Notes under the pieces: model-generated | Databases searched by the model: none | What the model saw: only the letters and a program-made list of their open reading frames with translations | What the model was told of the DNA's origin: nothing | From: a virus | DNA: 64,000 nucleotides | Reading direction: 5' to 3' (one strand) | IMG/VR virus record: IMGVR_UViG_3300031957_002648 | Span: 12,088-76,087 of that record | Shown: piece after piece, positions 9,993 to 19,900 of the stretch | Layout of the letters: every line of letters starts with the position of its first letter | Position numbering within the stretch: the stretch's first letter is position 1 | Position numbers and translations under genes: made by a program

Positions 9993-10219
9993 TAGTCTTC
10001 ATAAATCCTACATTCATCTGCTTCTGGATTTGCGTCACAATATAACTCAAGTGGTGTAGGATCATGATGATCTCCTGCTTCAATATCTGCTTTATGATTC
10101 TCTGCGTATTCTTCTAGTTCATGCAATTCTCCCTCAATATGCCGACGTTGTTGAGGAGAAATAGTGGGATCGTGAAGAATCTCTCTATCCTTCTCAATGT
10201 GCTTTTCGATGCTTTCCAT
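9992..10219 (-). CDS. cp12: CP12 Calvin-cycle inhibitor
   Basis: C-terminal HDPTPLELYCDANPEADECRIYED; only the C-terminal Cys pair is present. Confidence 0.92.
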   Translation of the reverse strand: MESIEKHIEKDREILHDPTISPQQRRHIEGELHELEEYAENHKADIEAGDHHDPTPLELYCDANPEADECRIYED

Positions 10220-10220
10220 T

Positions 10221-11477
10221 TTACTTTTCGTTGTAGGTGTCTCTTACGAGTTTTAAATAAGTAAGCGATTGATTCATTGGACTAATGAAATGACACAATT
10301 CCTTAATCAAATACTTACCACTTAATTTATCGTCCTTTTTGTTTTTGTCAAGTTCTGGAAAATTGCAAATAATACATTTTCCAGCAGTTAGATTGAAGTT
10401 GCTAGATACTACAATATTTATAACGTGTCTTAGCAAAATATTATATCGAAGAGGAGATATTGCCATATAATCATCTGGTTCAATATTAACTTCTTTTAAC
10501 TCCGTTCGATTTAAAGCTCCAATATCCCTAACACCAACAAATATACGAGAGGGACTTGTAGCTAAAGTGCCTTCAGGAGATATTGAATCTTTTCCCAATT
10601 TAGCGATCTTTTTATCCAAGTTTCCAGAAGTGATGACATTATTAGATCGTGTAATTGTAGTTCTCAGTGGATCAAACACATATGAAATCGAAGAATACAC
10701 TCCAAGTTGAAGTGCCTCAAAGGTATCATATATTTTTTCCATATTAAAGGCGTGAATCTTAGTCGCATTCACTTGATTTAATTGATCCGAATCATTTACA
10801 TTAGTGTATATGTATTCTTGGACTGGTTCCTGAGCCGATAAAGAATCAATCGATCTGTAATTAAAACCCTCGGAAGTTTCATAGAATAGAAATCCAGAAG
10901 ATTGTCCTTCGGATGCTACTGTTCTAGCGGCAAGACTCATAATCACAGTAAAAGGTTTTTTCTGATTACCCTGCCATGCCATTTGTGTGGGCGTAGTATC
11001 TGTAATTACTCTTTTATCACTCTGCAGTTCTTGCCTCACTATACTTTCCACATTGATATGTGTTCCTACTGGAGGTAATCTTCTCCCCACTCTAGAAAAT
11101 TCATTTGTAAATGCTTCTCCAGAAATCATGTTTAGAGTAATAACTTGTTTCTGCTGATCTCTTTGTGAGCTGGAGATACGACTCACAAACATATTACCAG
11201 GATTTAATTTCAGGGTTTGTTTTGCTGGATTTATAATTTCAATTTCACAAGTCTCGTTTGTTCTGAGTGGTAGTCCTGTAGCTACGTTAGTTCTTTTTCC
11301 ATCAAGAAATACGTTACCGGTGTCTAAAAAAGTAACACTTGCAGTAACTGTTGGTGAAAATATATCCTCATAATAATAAAACCCAGATACACCTTCAATA
11401 ATATTTACTTGCCTTCCAGATGTATCGGCAGCAAATAATGTAAATGTTTTTAAATTTGACTTCTCAGATGCAGACAT
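10221..11477 (-). CDS. Baseplate hub protein (gp27-like)
   Basis: YYEDIFSPTVTA...FLFYETSEGFNYRSID...SGKYLIKELCH hub-fold motifs; lies between tape-measure-like genes and gp5. Confidence 0.7.
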   Translation of the reverse strand: MSASEKSNLKTFTLFAADTSGRQVNIIEGVSGFYYYEDIFSPTVTASVTFLDTGNVFLDGKRTNVATGLPLRTNETCEIEIINPAKQTLKLNPGNMFVSRISSSQRDQQKQVITLNMISGEAFTNEFSRVGRRLPPVGTHINVESIVRQELQSDKRVITDTTPTQMAWQGNQKKPFTVIMSLAARTVASEGQSSGFLFYETSEGFNYRSIDSLSAQEPVQEYIYTNVNDSDQLNQVNATKIHAFNMEKIYDTFEALQLGVYSSISYVFDPLRTTITRSNNVITSGNLDKKIAKLGKDSISPEGTLATSPSRIFVGVRDIGALNRTELKEVNIEPDDYMAISPLRYNILLRHVINIVVSSNFNLTAGKCIICNFPELDKNKKDDKLSGKYLIKELCHFISPMNQSLTYLKLVRDTYNEK

Positions 11478-13463
11478 CTATGTATAAGCTAGGATAACCC
11501 TTGATATACTATTTAACACACTTGCAGTATCATCTCTTTGTACCCTATACATGGTACTTCCCGGTGCTGGTGCTGGAGATTCCATTCTCGGAGTTCCAAT
11601 GACAACTGCGTTTCTTCCTCGTCTATCTTGAACTGTTCTTCTTATCTGAGGTCTTTGTCTTGATCTAGCTGCAACACTATCTTGAGATACCAAACTAGCT
11701 TGAGATCCTGGAGCTCCATGAGATACAGTTATATTATTTGTACCAATAATAACTGCTTCTCGACCATATCCAGATCTCCAACGCCACTGCCTTACGGCAA
11801 ATGGGAATGTTGTTTTTGATCCAACCTGAGATGGGAAAGTTTGAGGAGCTGTTGGGTGATGTTCTTGAATATCAACAGCAGCACTACTTCTTCTTCCATG
11901 AGCTTGCTGCTCTGCTGCAATTAAAGATTTGAGATCTTGATCTGATATACCTCTCCTAGCATCTCTTCCAATACTTCCAAAATGTACCCATGATCCTCTG
12001 GCAAACATTGCCTTAACTGCACGGAAAGCAACGTCCCTAATTTCTGCCAGTTGTGACGCAGACGGATTTCTTGGGCCATCAATATGAAAATGTGTCCCAT
12101 ATTCTGTTTCAGACGAATCACTAGATCCACCTTGAATAAATCCAGGTTCTCCCATTCTTACTGGTATTAAACCTGTTCCAGCAATTGGAGTTCTTCTCCG
12201 TACAGGTCTCTGTGTAGTTTGCCTCCGTGTAGTTTGCCTCTGTGTGGTTTCTGATGTGCCAGTATTGAATCGTCTAAGTTGTTCTTCACCACCTGTAAGT
12301 TTTATAAAGTTTATATACTCTTCCAATGAGATACTTCCATCTTTATTGCCATAGATCAAATCAATATTTTTATTTTCCACATATGCGGCGCTGGGTGATG
12401 AATATAATGCTGAATTCATATTCAGTTTACCAAGATCTGCTGGTCGTATGTTAGCCAGTGCAAGATTTCCCATCCCACCTGCAGTTCTAAAGAATCCAGC
12501 GTCTTGTAAATATTTTTCATGAATCGCTACTTGATCTGCCCTAGACAATCTTCTAAATTGTTCTTGAGTATATCCATATCTAACATCCCCAAATGATCCA
12601 CCAAACATTAGTTGGAATAATCCAGTTGCAGCATCATTCTCTGGATTGACTATGCTGGGGTCTAATCTAGACTCTGCATTATATAAAGACATCAATTCGG
12701 ATGGATTTACTTTTGCTCTCGCTGCTAGTTTCCTCACTGCCTCCTGAAACTCAACATCTTGTTCTATATCTTCAACTGGAGCAGATCCAGTTACATTTAA
12801 CAAAGAACCACCTGCTGTTGGATCATCAGGATCCTCAGATGCAAGATCCTCAGCAAGTTTCTTTACCTCAGCCGTCATCTCATCCCATTGCTTATTCAAA
12901 TCATCAAAACTTTTATTCATTTCATCAATTTTTTCTTGTATCTTTCCTTCACTATCCCAAAAATCAAGTCTTTTCCAGTTCTCTATAGTTTGAGTCACAA
13001 CAGCTGTCATACTATTAAATACTGTTCCCATTTGCATAACAAGTCTTTTGATAGATGCAAAGATCTTCTGTATTCCAGAGAAGAAAATCTTTACCTTTTT
13101 GATAAAAGAAGGGATAAATTTAATCAACCATCCAATACCAATCATCACCAAGGCATCAAGAATATTGCCCATAACACCTGCTTTGCCACTCACACCTTTC
13201 GGGTTCTTCTTAAATAATTCTGTTTTTGATTCTAATTTTGTCTCTCGATCAAATTTTCTTTGCTTATCTCTAGCAATTATTTTATCTCTTTTTTGTTTTT
13301 TTACTAACTGTTCTTCTCGCTTTTTTTTATCAAAATAAAATTTATATAATTTTGCTGTAGATTGCTTTACTAAAACTGTAGACTCAATGACATTGGCCAA
13401 GCTATTGCTAATCGAATCACTCGGTTTGGATCTTGGTAAAAACTTCTGAGTATTAAGAGTCAT
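11478..13463 (-). CDS. Tail/baseplate protein with lytic transglycosylase domain and M23-like peptidase region
   Basis: Coiled-coil N-terminus; AESRLDPS...ATGLFQ (SLT motifs); C-terminal THFHID...H-x-AVD...GYG...SH. Confidence 0.75.
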   Translation of the reverse strand: MTLNTQKFLPRSKPSDSISNSLANVIESTVLVKQSTAKLYKFYFDKKKREEQLVKKQKRDKIIARDKQRKFDRETKLESKTELFKKNPKGVSGKAGVMGNILDALVMIGIGWLIKFIPSFIKKVKIFFSGIQKIFASIKRLVMQMGTVFNSMTAVVTQTIENWKRLDFWDSEGKIQEKIDEMNKSFDDLNKQWDEMTAEVKKLAEDLASEDPDDPTAGGSLLNVTGSAPVEDIEQDVEFQEAVRKLAARAKVNPSELMSLYNAESRLDPSIVNPENDAATGLFQLMFGGSFGDVRYGYTQEQFRRLSRADQVAIHEKYLQDAGFFRTAGGMGNLALANIRPADLGKLNMNSALYSSPSAAYVENKNIDLIYGNKDGSISLEEYINFIKLTGGEEQLRRFNTGTSETTQRQTTRRQTTQRPVRRRTPIAGTGLIPVRMGEPGFIQGGSSDSSETEYGTHFHIDGPRNPSASQLAEIRDVAFRAVKAMFARGSWVHFGSIGRDARRGISDQDLKSLIAAEQQAHGRRSSAAVDIQEHHPTAPQTFPSQVGSKTTFPFAVRQWRWRSGYGREAVIIGTNNITVSHGAPGSQASLVSQDSVAARSRQRPQIRRTVQDRRGRNAVVIGTPRMESPAPAPGSTMYRVQRDDTASVLNSISRVILAYT

Positions 13464-13465
13464 TT

Positions 13466-15649
13466 TTAGAACAGAACATTATAGATCGATCTCGAAAGCA
13501 TTCTATAAGGATTTGAAGTATCATAAGTTTTCAAATTAGGAACCGTACTTCCACCACTAGGAGTGGGTGGTTGTATTGGTTGTGGTATCTGCATTGTACT
13601 TACATCAACCGTTACCTGTTGCCCCTCATATTCTGCATTTAATGCAACATTCCTTGTATTGGATGTTTCTCTTCCGTCCAACGAACCATCAAGGCCTGCA
13701 TAGGCTGAGTCAGGAAATACACTAGGAGTCATAGCGTCAAGTTGATCCTGAGTATACATATCAAGATTTTCCTGATCATAAGGAATTGTAGGAGTATCAC
13801 CATGAGCAGGCATCACTGGAGTCGTGGGAGTAACTGGTACTTGTTGCCGCCGAGCAATATCTGCAGGAGAACTTGTGTTATCATCTGCATCTCCTCCTCC
13901 TCTGGGAGGAGAAATTGGAGTTGTAGGTTCAACTGGTTGCTGAGTCTGCTCTTGATTTCTCTTCTCTTCTTCCGCTTCTTTCTGGAGGCGACGCCGACGG
14001 GATCTATAGATCCCGTGGAAGTCATTTTTAGTTATTGGATTTCCAGAAACATCGAAATATTTATCCTCAGGAAATCCAAACATGTTTCTTCCAGCTACTA
14101 CGGTTCCCACACCTGGGAATCTTACATTCTTCCCAGCACCAGAAGGGGTACTTCGTACCTCTTTGTGGGCTTCTGAAAGTTCAAGAAGTTGCTGCTGAGC
14201 ACTTTTTGGTGCTGGAGTTTCAACATTCCCTCCTTTTTCCGTAAGTTGAAATGTATCCTCATTGTTTACTGTTACTTTTTTGAGCAATCCTTTCGTCTGA
14301 CCAACTTGAAATAATGCATTTAAATTTGTAAGTCGATTCTTAGTTTTAAGTTCTTCATCGTCGGGTAAAAATGCACCAAACAGTCCTTTCGTCAGGTATT
14401 CTCCATAATTTTTATAATATCGTTTATTTACAGGATCGTAATAACCTCCGGCCGCTTTTAATTCAGCCTGTCGTTTTTCGTCTTCTTTTGCAGTTCTATC
14501 AAGTTGGATAGTAAGATTTTCTATTTTTTGCAATACTTCAAGGTCACTCAAATTAGAGAACTTTGCAATTGCAATTTGATCAAGAACAACTGGTTCTAAA
14601 AGTTCCGCCGTCATCAAGGCCAACATGGCGTAGCCTGCGCCACCACCCATACCCGGTCCACCTGATCGACCCACCCCAGGTGTTCCTGTCGAAACTCCTC
14701 TCCCAGTCCTAGTAAATCCTTGTCCAAATCTTTGAAATCTTTGCCGGAAAGTATTTCCACCTCTACCTTGGGTAACATTCGGTTTCGTTCTAAGAGGATT
14801 ACGGAACTGACCACTTTGAGTTACTCCTCTATTAAGGCCTCTAGGATTTCTACTTGCAGGTAGATTTCCCCCTGGGCCGGGTGGAGTTACTGGGCGTCGT
14901 AAGACACCAAATCTTTGTAGTATACGCCTACCAATAGCTTGAAGTGGTTTTAACACTAACCATTTAAAAGGTTTCCAAACTAACCACTTTGCAAGTTTTT
15001 TGCCAAATACTCCCAAACCAAAAATAATTGCGCCGAGACCTCCAGATGCCAGAGCAAGGGATGATCCCATAACTGCAAGACCTGCCGTTATTTCTCCCTT
15101 TAATTCTTCTAGTTTATCAAAATCACCTTCTCGTTCTGCTTTGAAATACTTGACAAACTTGTCAGTTAACCATCCAATTCCTAGCAAAAATAGAGCATTT
15201 TTGATTTTCTCGAAGGGATTTCCCAAGGCATTATTCACAGCCTGGAATGGTGCTTTCAGTGCTTTCTTTAATAAACCACCACCTTCTAAAAGTTTCTCTG
15301 ATGCCGAAGATTTTTTCTTCTCTTGTAATATACGAGCATCTTTTTGTTGTTTTTTATATTGTTTGCTCTTATTCTTTTGATCTTTTATTAATACAGTATA
15401 AATTTTGGTGATATTCGCAGAAACATCACGAAGATTATTATTGACTTCTTTTAATTGATCATTTACAATCTCATTATTAGCAGTCGGAACACTTTGAGTT
15501 ATCTTCCTGAAAGAGTCTGCAAAGCTTCCCTTTGGTTTAACAGGAATAGTTGTGGAATTAATTGGAGACGCAAAGCCAGCCGACCGTTTTTTCTCTTGGA
15601 AAAAACTACCAAAATTAAAACTGGGTCGTGCTGGACTTTTAGATACCAT
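13466..15649 (-). CDS. Tape-measure-like (gp29-like) protein
   Basis: Coiled coils, hydrophobic/Gly-rich helices and a low-complexity tail; directly downstream of gp26/gp51. Confidence 0.6.
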   Translation of the reverse strand: MVSKSPARPSFNFGSFFQEKKRSAGFASPINSTTIPVKPKGSFADSFRKITQSVPTANNEIVNDQLKEVNNNLRDVSANITKIYTVLIKDQKNKSKQYKKQQKDARILQEKKKSSASEKLLEGGGLLKKALKAPFQAVNNALGNPFEKIKNALFLLGIGWLTDKFVKYFKAEREGDFDKLEELKGEITAGLAVMGSSLALASGGLGAIIFGLGVFGKKLAKWLVWKPFKWLVLKPLQAIGRRILQRFGVLRRPVTPPGPGGNLPASRNPRGLNRGVTQSGQFRNPLRTKPNVTQGRGGNTFRQRFQRFGQGFTRTGRGVSTGTPGVGRSGGPGMGGGAGYAMLALMTAELLEPVVLDQIAIAKFSNLSDLEVLQKIENLTIQLDRTAKEDEKRQAELKAAGGYYDPVNKRYYKNYGEYLTKGLFGAFLPDDEELKTKNRLTNLNALFQVGQTKGLLKKVTVNNEDTFQLTEKGGNVETPAPKSAQQQLLELSEAHKEVRSTPSGAGKNVRFPGVGTVVAGRNMFGFPEDKYFDVSGNPITKNDFHGIYRSRRRRLQKEAEEEKRNQEQTQQPVEPTTPISPPRGGGDADDNTSSPADIARRQQVPVTPTTPVMPAHGDTPTIPYDQENLDMYTQDQLDAMTPSVFPDSAYAGLDGSLDGRETSNTRNVALNAEYEGQQVTVDVSTMQIPQPIQPPTPSGGSTVPNLKTYDTSNPYRMLSRSIYNVLF

Positions 15650-15833
15650 GTTTCTGCTTATACTTGAGTTCTTCCTGTTCTAAGAAATTAACTAAAAGAG
15701 AAACATAAACTTCTCTTTCCCACGGCATCATTTCTTCTAACTCTGTCAAGCTATATTTATGGTGCTGCATTAAAGCGAAATTAGTTTGATAATAGCTCCC
15801 CAACGACTCATGCGCTAGGGCTATGCGAAAAAA
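15639..15833 (-). CDS. gp51: gp51-like baseplate hub assembly protein (probably reached by -1 frameshift from gp26; alternative starts TTG 15803, ATG 15770)
   Basis: Missed by the track; frame reads FFRIALAHESLGSYYQTNFALMQHHKYSLTELEEMMPWEREVYVSLLVNFLEQEELKYKQKHGI*. Confidence 0.85.
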   Translation of the reverse strand, partial: FFRIALAHESLGSYYQTNFALMQHHKYSLTELEEMMPWEREVYVSLLVNFLEQEELKYKQKHGI

Positions 15834-16537
15834 CTTGCTAGACCTTCCAGAACATGCTCACTTTTCTTCTTTGTTTTAGGATTAGTTACCTTAATTGTAT
15901 GAGATAACTTTGGCATCGTTGAGAAAAACTTCTCGACCAATTGAAACTGTGATGATGTTAGATCACCAACGAATTCTTCTAGTTCTTCTTTCGTACAATC
16001 AGAGGCTGCCCATGATTCTTCTTCATTATAAACTTGCTCAATACACTGACCAATCATAGAAAATCCTTCATCAATTCCCAGATCTTCTCCTGTGAAATTA
16101 CTCTCAACAAACTGCTTGAGAGAGGGATATTTCATTCTAAGTTTTAGACCTCCTCCTAGATCAATGTCTCTACTATGATCTTCGGATTCTTTCACTTTAA
16201 TATCATCAATATTAATCTTGAGATCAACCTTAGTTTCTCCATCATCAGGACAAGTGACAGTTACTTCAATAACTTCACCCACAGACTTTCCACGAACATT
16301 CAAAAATAGATACTCGATATCAAAAGTAGATAAACTTTCGATATTAAAATCTTTGCTTATAATACATGCGGTTAAAACGTTCTTTAGAGCTTCCGTGATT
16401 TGTTTAATATCGTTGCTTTCAAGAGCTAAAATAAGAACCTTCTCTTCTTTTACTAAAAATGGACGATATTTAATTTTCTTTTTACTTGAGGGCAATTCCA
16501 ATTCATAGACTGGAGTCGTGGACTTTGGTAAAGGCAT
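15821..16537 (-). CDS. gp26: Baseplate hub assembly chaperone gp26
   Basis: MPLPK...YRPFLVKEEKVL...FDIEYLFLNVRGKSVGE...EGLASFF. Confidence 0.92.
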   Translation of the reverse strand: MPLPKSTTPVYELELPSSKKKIKYRPFLVKEEKVLILALESNDIKQITEALKNVLTACIISKDFNIESLSTFDIEYLFLNVRGKSVGEVIEVTVTCPDDGETKVDLKINIDDIKVKESEDHSRDIDLGGGLKLRMKYPSLKQFVESNFTGEDLGIDEGFSMIGQCIEQVYNEEESWAASDCTKEELEEFVGDLTSSQFQLVEKFFSTMPKLSHTIKVTNPKTKKKSEHVLEGLASFFA

Positions 16538-16566
16538 AATAACCCAATAAATTCAGATGCAAATAT

Positions 16567-17541
16567 TTAGAAGAGCCGTTCCGGCCGGATATTATCAGTG
16601 CCAGTGGCTGGACGGTCGGCCGTAGTTCCGCTCTGCGCTTGATTGCCCTGTGTCTCAGGCGTTCCACCATTACTTACATCTCCTTTGACACCCCTACCTA
16701 ACCCTATAGAAGCATCAAAATTGACATTATACGCTGATTGATTGAAAATATTTTTGTCCCATGGAATTCCGTTTGTAAAAACTTCTTTTAAGTCTTCAGG
16801 ATAACCTATATTATCAAGTGTGAATGATTGGTCAAAATTGGTAAGTTTTAGAAGACGTTTTCGTGTTTCTTCATCTAGACTCCCAAAGTAGTCTGGACTA
16901 GAACCGTTATTACTAGAAGATGAAGTTTTATACGCACTTAGACCCGTTGTCGATGTTGCAAAGTATCTTTCATAGTTAAAAGATACATTTACACGCAGCA
17001 ATTGGGACTGTTCATATGATACTGGAGTTGCAGATACTTGTTTTGGAAATAGTCTTACAAAATTATATTGAATTCCGTTCGTATAATTTCTATCGAATTT
17101 TGCAATAGTTGGATAAATTTTATACCCATTATCTCCTTCTGGATATCTCATTCTGTAAAAATATCCAGGATTATTGGGAGCCTGTGTAGATCCTCCTCCA
17201 GATATATACTCCATCCAAGTCTCAAAAAACATGAGAACTTTATATTCACTATCACAATAAAATCCCATATCAATATTGGGAAACTGTCTAGTGTGAGCAT
17301 ATTGTTGCTGAACACCAGTAAAATTGCCCTCAATATTTGTTGTTGCTAAAGCAGAACCAGGTAGAGATGCATCATAGCACAACAGTCCAATTTTTGCAAT
17401 ATCTTCGGATGAAATTCCCCTAGAATTCAATGCAGTTTCTAATCCTCCCCTGAAACCAGTGAAATTAACCAAGTAATGAGAGGACAAGGCAACATCCATT
17501 AGTGTGCCTTTAAGATCAGATATGGTTGTTAGCTTTGTCAC
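16567..17541 (-). CDS. Tail-tube-initiator-like protein (gp54/gp19 family)
   Basis: LLCYDASLPG...FFETWMEYI...LFPKQVSATPVSY...VNVSFNYE tube-fold motifs. Confidence 0.7.
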   Translation of the reverse strand: MTKLTTISDLKGTLMDVALSSHYLVNFTGFRGGLETALNSRGISSEDIAKIGLLCYDASLPGSALATTNIEGNFTGVQQQYAHTRQFPNIDMGFYCDSEYKVLMFFETWMEYISGGGSTQAPNNPGYFYRMRYPEGDNGYKIYPTIAKFDRNYTNGIQYNFVRLFPKQVSATPVSYEQSQLLRVNVSFNYERYFATSTTGLSAYKTSSSSNNGSSPDYFGSLDEETRKRLLKLTNFDQSFTLDNIGYPEDLKEVFTNGIPWDKNIFNQSAYNVNFDASIGLGRGVKGDVSNGGTPETQGNQAQSGTTADRPATGTDNIRPERLF

Positions 17542-17571
17542 TCTAAATACCTGTAGTGAAAATTTTTGTAA

Positions 17572-18006
17572 ATGTCATATAAAGGAAAATATAGTCCCAC
17601 AAACTGTAAAAAATACAGAGGAGACCCAACTAACATTATTTATCGTTCACTTTGGGAAAGAAAGTTTATGGTCTATTGTGACACCAGTGAACATATTCTA
17701 GAGTGGGGAAGTGAAGAGTTTTGGATTCCATATCGTTCACCAGTTGATAATAAACCACATAGATATTTTCCAGACTTTTACATTAAAAGACTCGATAAAG
17801 ATGGAAAGATTAGAAAATATGTAATTGAAATTAAACCAAAAAGACAGTGTAAAGAACCTAAAATTCAACAGAAAAAAACAAAATCATATATTCGTGAAGT
17901 TACAGAATATGTAAAGAATCAGGCAAAATGGAAAGCAGCCCAAGACTTTTGTGAAGATCGAAAATGGACATTCAAAATTCTAACAGAAGATGACCTCGGA
18001 GTATGA
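17572..18006 (+). CDS. gp4: Head completion nuclease gp4
   Basis: KYRGDPTNIIYRSLWERKFM...HRYFPDF...IEIKP; late promoter CTAAATA at 17543-17549. Confidence 0.95.
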   Translation: MSYKGKYSPTNCKKYRGDPTNIIYRSLWERKFMVYCDTSEHILEWGSEEFWIPYRSPVDNKPHRYFPDFYIKRLDKDGKIRKYVIEIKPKRQCKEPKIQQKKTKSYIREVTEYVKNQAKWKAAQDFCEDRKWTFKILTEDDLGV

Positions 18007-18353
18007 GCAGAATTCAACCAATTATTGACGATCTCATTGGCACTGAGACTCCAGATGATTTGATGTTAAAAATCATGGAGGTACTTCCTCAGGCAGAACC
18101 AAATGAGTTGGAGGTTGGAAACTTTTGCACATTCATATATCAACCAAAGACTTTCTTCGTACAATACGATGAGCATCCTCTAGTTGCAGTCACTTTGGTA
18201 GATGAGTGGGGAATTAGAGGAATCAACTATCACTGGAATGAATTTCGTAATTATAGTTGGGATGAATTTATTGGAGAAGTCTATTTGTTTGATAGAAGTG
18301 AACTATCAGATCTTAGAACATTACAGTATCAAAAGTATCGCCTAAATATATAA
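18003..18353 (+). CDS. DNA end protector gp2-like protein (short)
   Basis: FIYQPKT...YDEHPLV...GINYHW resembles the gp2 core; follows gp4. Confidence 0.65.
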   Translation: MSRIQPIIDDLIGTETPDDLMLKIMEVLPQAEPNELEVGNFCTFIYQPKTFFVQYDEHPLVAVTLVDEWGIRGINYHWNEFRNYSWDEFIGEVYLFDRSELSDLRTLQYQKYRLNI

Positions 18354-18371
18354 AAGGTTTGCTGTATAAGT

Positions 18372-19256
18372 GTGGCTGAAAACATCCCAATTGCCAATTT
18401 AAGATATCCTCTTGCTAATATCGATAATGAAAGCGATTTCCTTTTCATGGAAATTTATCGATATAACAGAAGTGAAGGTGATTTTTTAGTAAATCAGCAA
18501 GTTCAAAGAAAAATTAAACGTACAGGAACAAAAGCAAATGATTTTGTCACAAGTATATTACTTCCAATCCCCAGTAATCTAATAGACTCTAACGGAGTAT
18601 CTTGGGGAGATTCTTCTTTAAATGTATTGCAGGCCGAAGGAATCCAAGGTCTTGAAGGAATTATGGGTTCTGATTTTGGAAATGCTCTAGACAAAGTTGG
18701 CGAAGCTATTCAAGGTTTAGGGAACGCGGCGGTTGATCTTCAATCAGAAGGAGGTGCTTTGACCAGTGCAATTGCAGCATCAATTGTGAGTAGTTTTGGT
18801 CCACAGGTTACTTTAGAAGATGTTATTGGAAGAAGAACCGGAAAAGTTTTAAATCCAAATATGGAATCACTTTTCCGTGGTCCTAACTTAAGAAAGTTTT
18901 CATTTAATTTTCAATTTAGTCCAAGGACTGATAAAGAAAGTGGAGTGATAAAACAAATTATCAGGCAACTAAAGCAAAGTATGGCTCCAAGAAGAGGAGA
19001 TAGTGGTGCATTCCTACAAACTCCAGATATATTTCAACTGTCTTTCAAAGGAAAAGGTGGAACAGATCATGAGTATCTGTTTAACATGAAACCAATGGCA
19101 CTTGTAAATATGTCAGCGAACTACACTGGTTCTGGAACATATGCAACATACTGGGATGGATCTCCAGTTTTAACTAACGTTCAACTCACATTCCAAGAGA
19201 TTGCACCAATTTATCAGGATGATTATACAACAGATATTAAAGGAGTTGGATACTGA
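18372..19256 (+). CDS. gp48: Baseplate tail-tube cap gp48
   Basis: LLPIPSNLIDSNGVSW...NPNMESLFRGPNLRKFSFNFQFSPR...LTFQE; CTAAATA at 18342-18348. Confidence 0.88.
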   Translation: MAENIPIANLRYPLANIDNESDFLFMEIYRYNRSEGDFLVNQQVQRKIKRTGTKANDFVTSILLPIPSNLIDSNGVSWGDSSLNVLQAEGIQGLEGIMGSDFGNALDKVGEAIQGLGNAAVDLQSEGGALTSAIAASIVSSFGPQVTLEDVIGRRTGKVLNPNMESLFRGPNLRKFSFNFQFSPRTDKESGVIKQIIRQLKQSMAPRRGDSGAFLQTPDIFQLSFKGKGGTDHEYLFNMKPMALVNMSANYTGSGTYATYWDGSPVLTNVQLTFQEIAPIYQDDYTTDIKGVGY

Positions 19257-19900
19257 TGTCTTATTTTGAACTATTGCCAAATGTAGAATATCCTAATCCT
19301 TTACCAGATAGGGTATCTAATAATTCATATCTGAAAGTAAAAAATATTTTTAGAAGAGTCAAACTTAGAGATGATCTAATACAAAATCTCGCTCTGTTTA
19401 ACTCTTATGAAATTCAAAATGACGATAGGCCCGATATAGTTGCAGAGAAAGTCTATGGGGATCCTAATCTAGATTGGTTAGTTCTTATTTGTGCTGGTGT
19501 GGTCAGTATTAGGGATCAATGGCCAATGACTGACCAAGAACTCTATGATTTTTGCGTAGAAAAATACGGACTCGAAAACATAACAGCGCCAGCTCGTTAT
19601 GAAACTATCGAAGTCCGTGACAGTCAGAAACGTTTAATATATCCTGCTGGAGTTGTAGTTGATAGTGACTTTACAATTACAGATCCAGAGAATCTTACTA
19701 CTTTGAATCCAGTAAGATCAGTCACAAACTACGAGTTAGAAAGAATAAAGAATGATGATAGGAGATTAATTCAAATGTTGAGACCTATTTACGTTGAAGA
19801 GGCTGTGAACGATATAAGAGAACAACTATTTTATGATAAGTCGTCTCAGTTTATCGATCGCAGCCTCATTAGGTCAGATAACGTTAGAATTCTAGATTAG
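19256..19900 (+). CDS. gp53: Baseplate wedge subunit gp53
   Basis: MSYFELLPN...RPDIVAEKVYGDPNLDWLVL...QWP. Confidence 0.9.
   Translation: MSYFELLPNVEYPNPLPDRVSNNSYLKVKNIFRRVKLRDDLIQNLALFNSYEIQNDDRPDIVAEKVYGDPNLDWLVLICAGVVSIRDQWPMTDQELYDFCVEKYGLENITAPARYETIEVRDSQKRLIYPAGVVVDSDFTITDPENLTTLNPVRSVTNYELERIKNDDRRLIQMLRPIYVEEAVNDIREQLFYDKSSQFIDRSLIRSDNVRILD

Noticed and set aside
12205-12250. 15-bp triple repeat
   Set aside because: Encodes a QTTxR interdomain linker; no independent function evident
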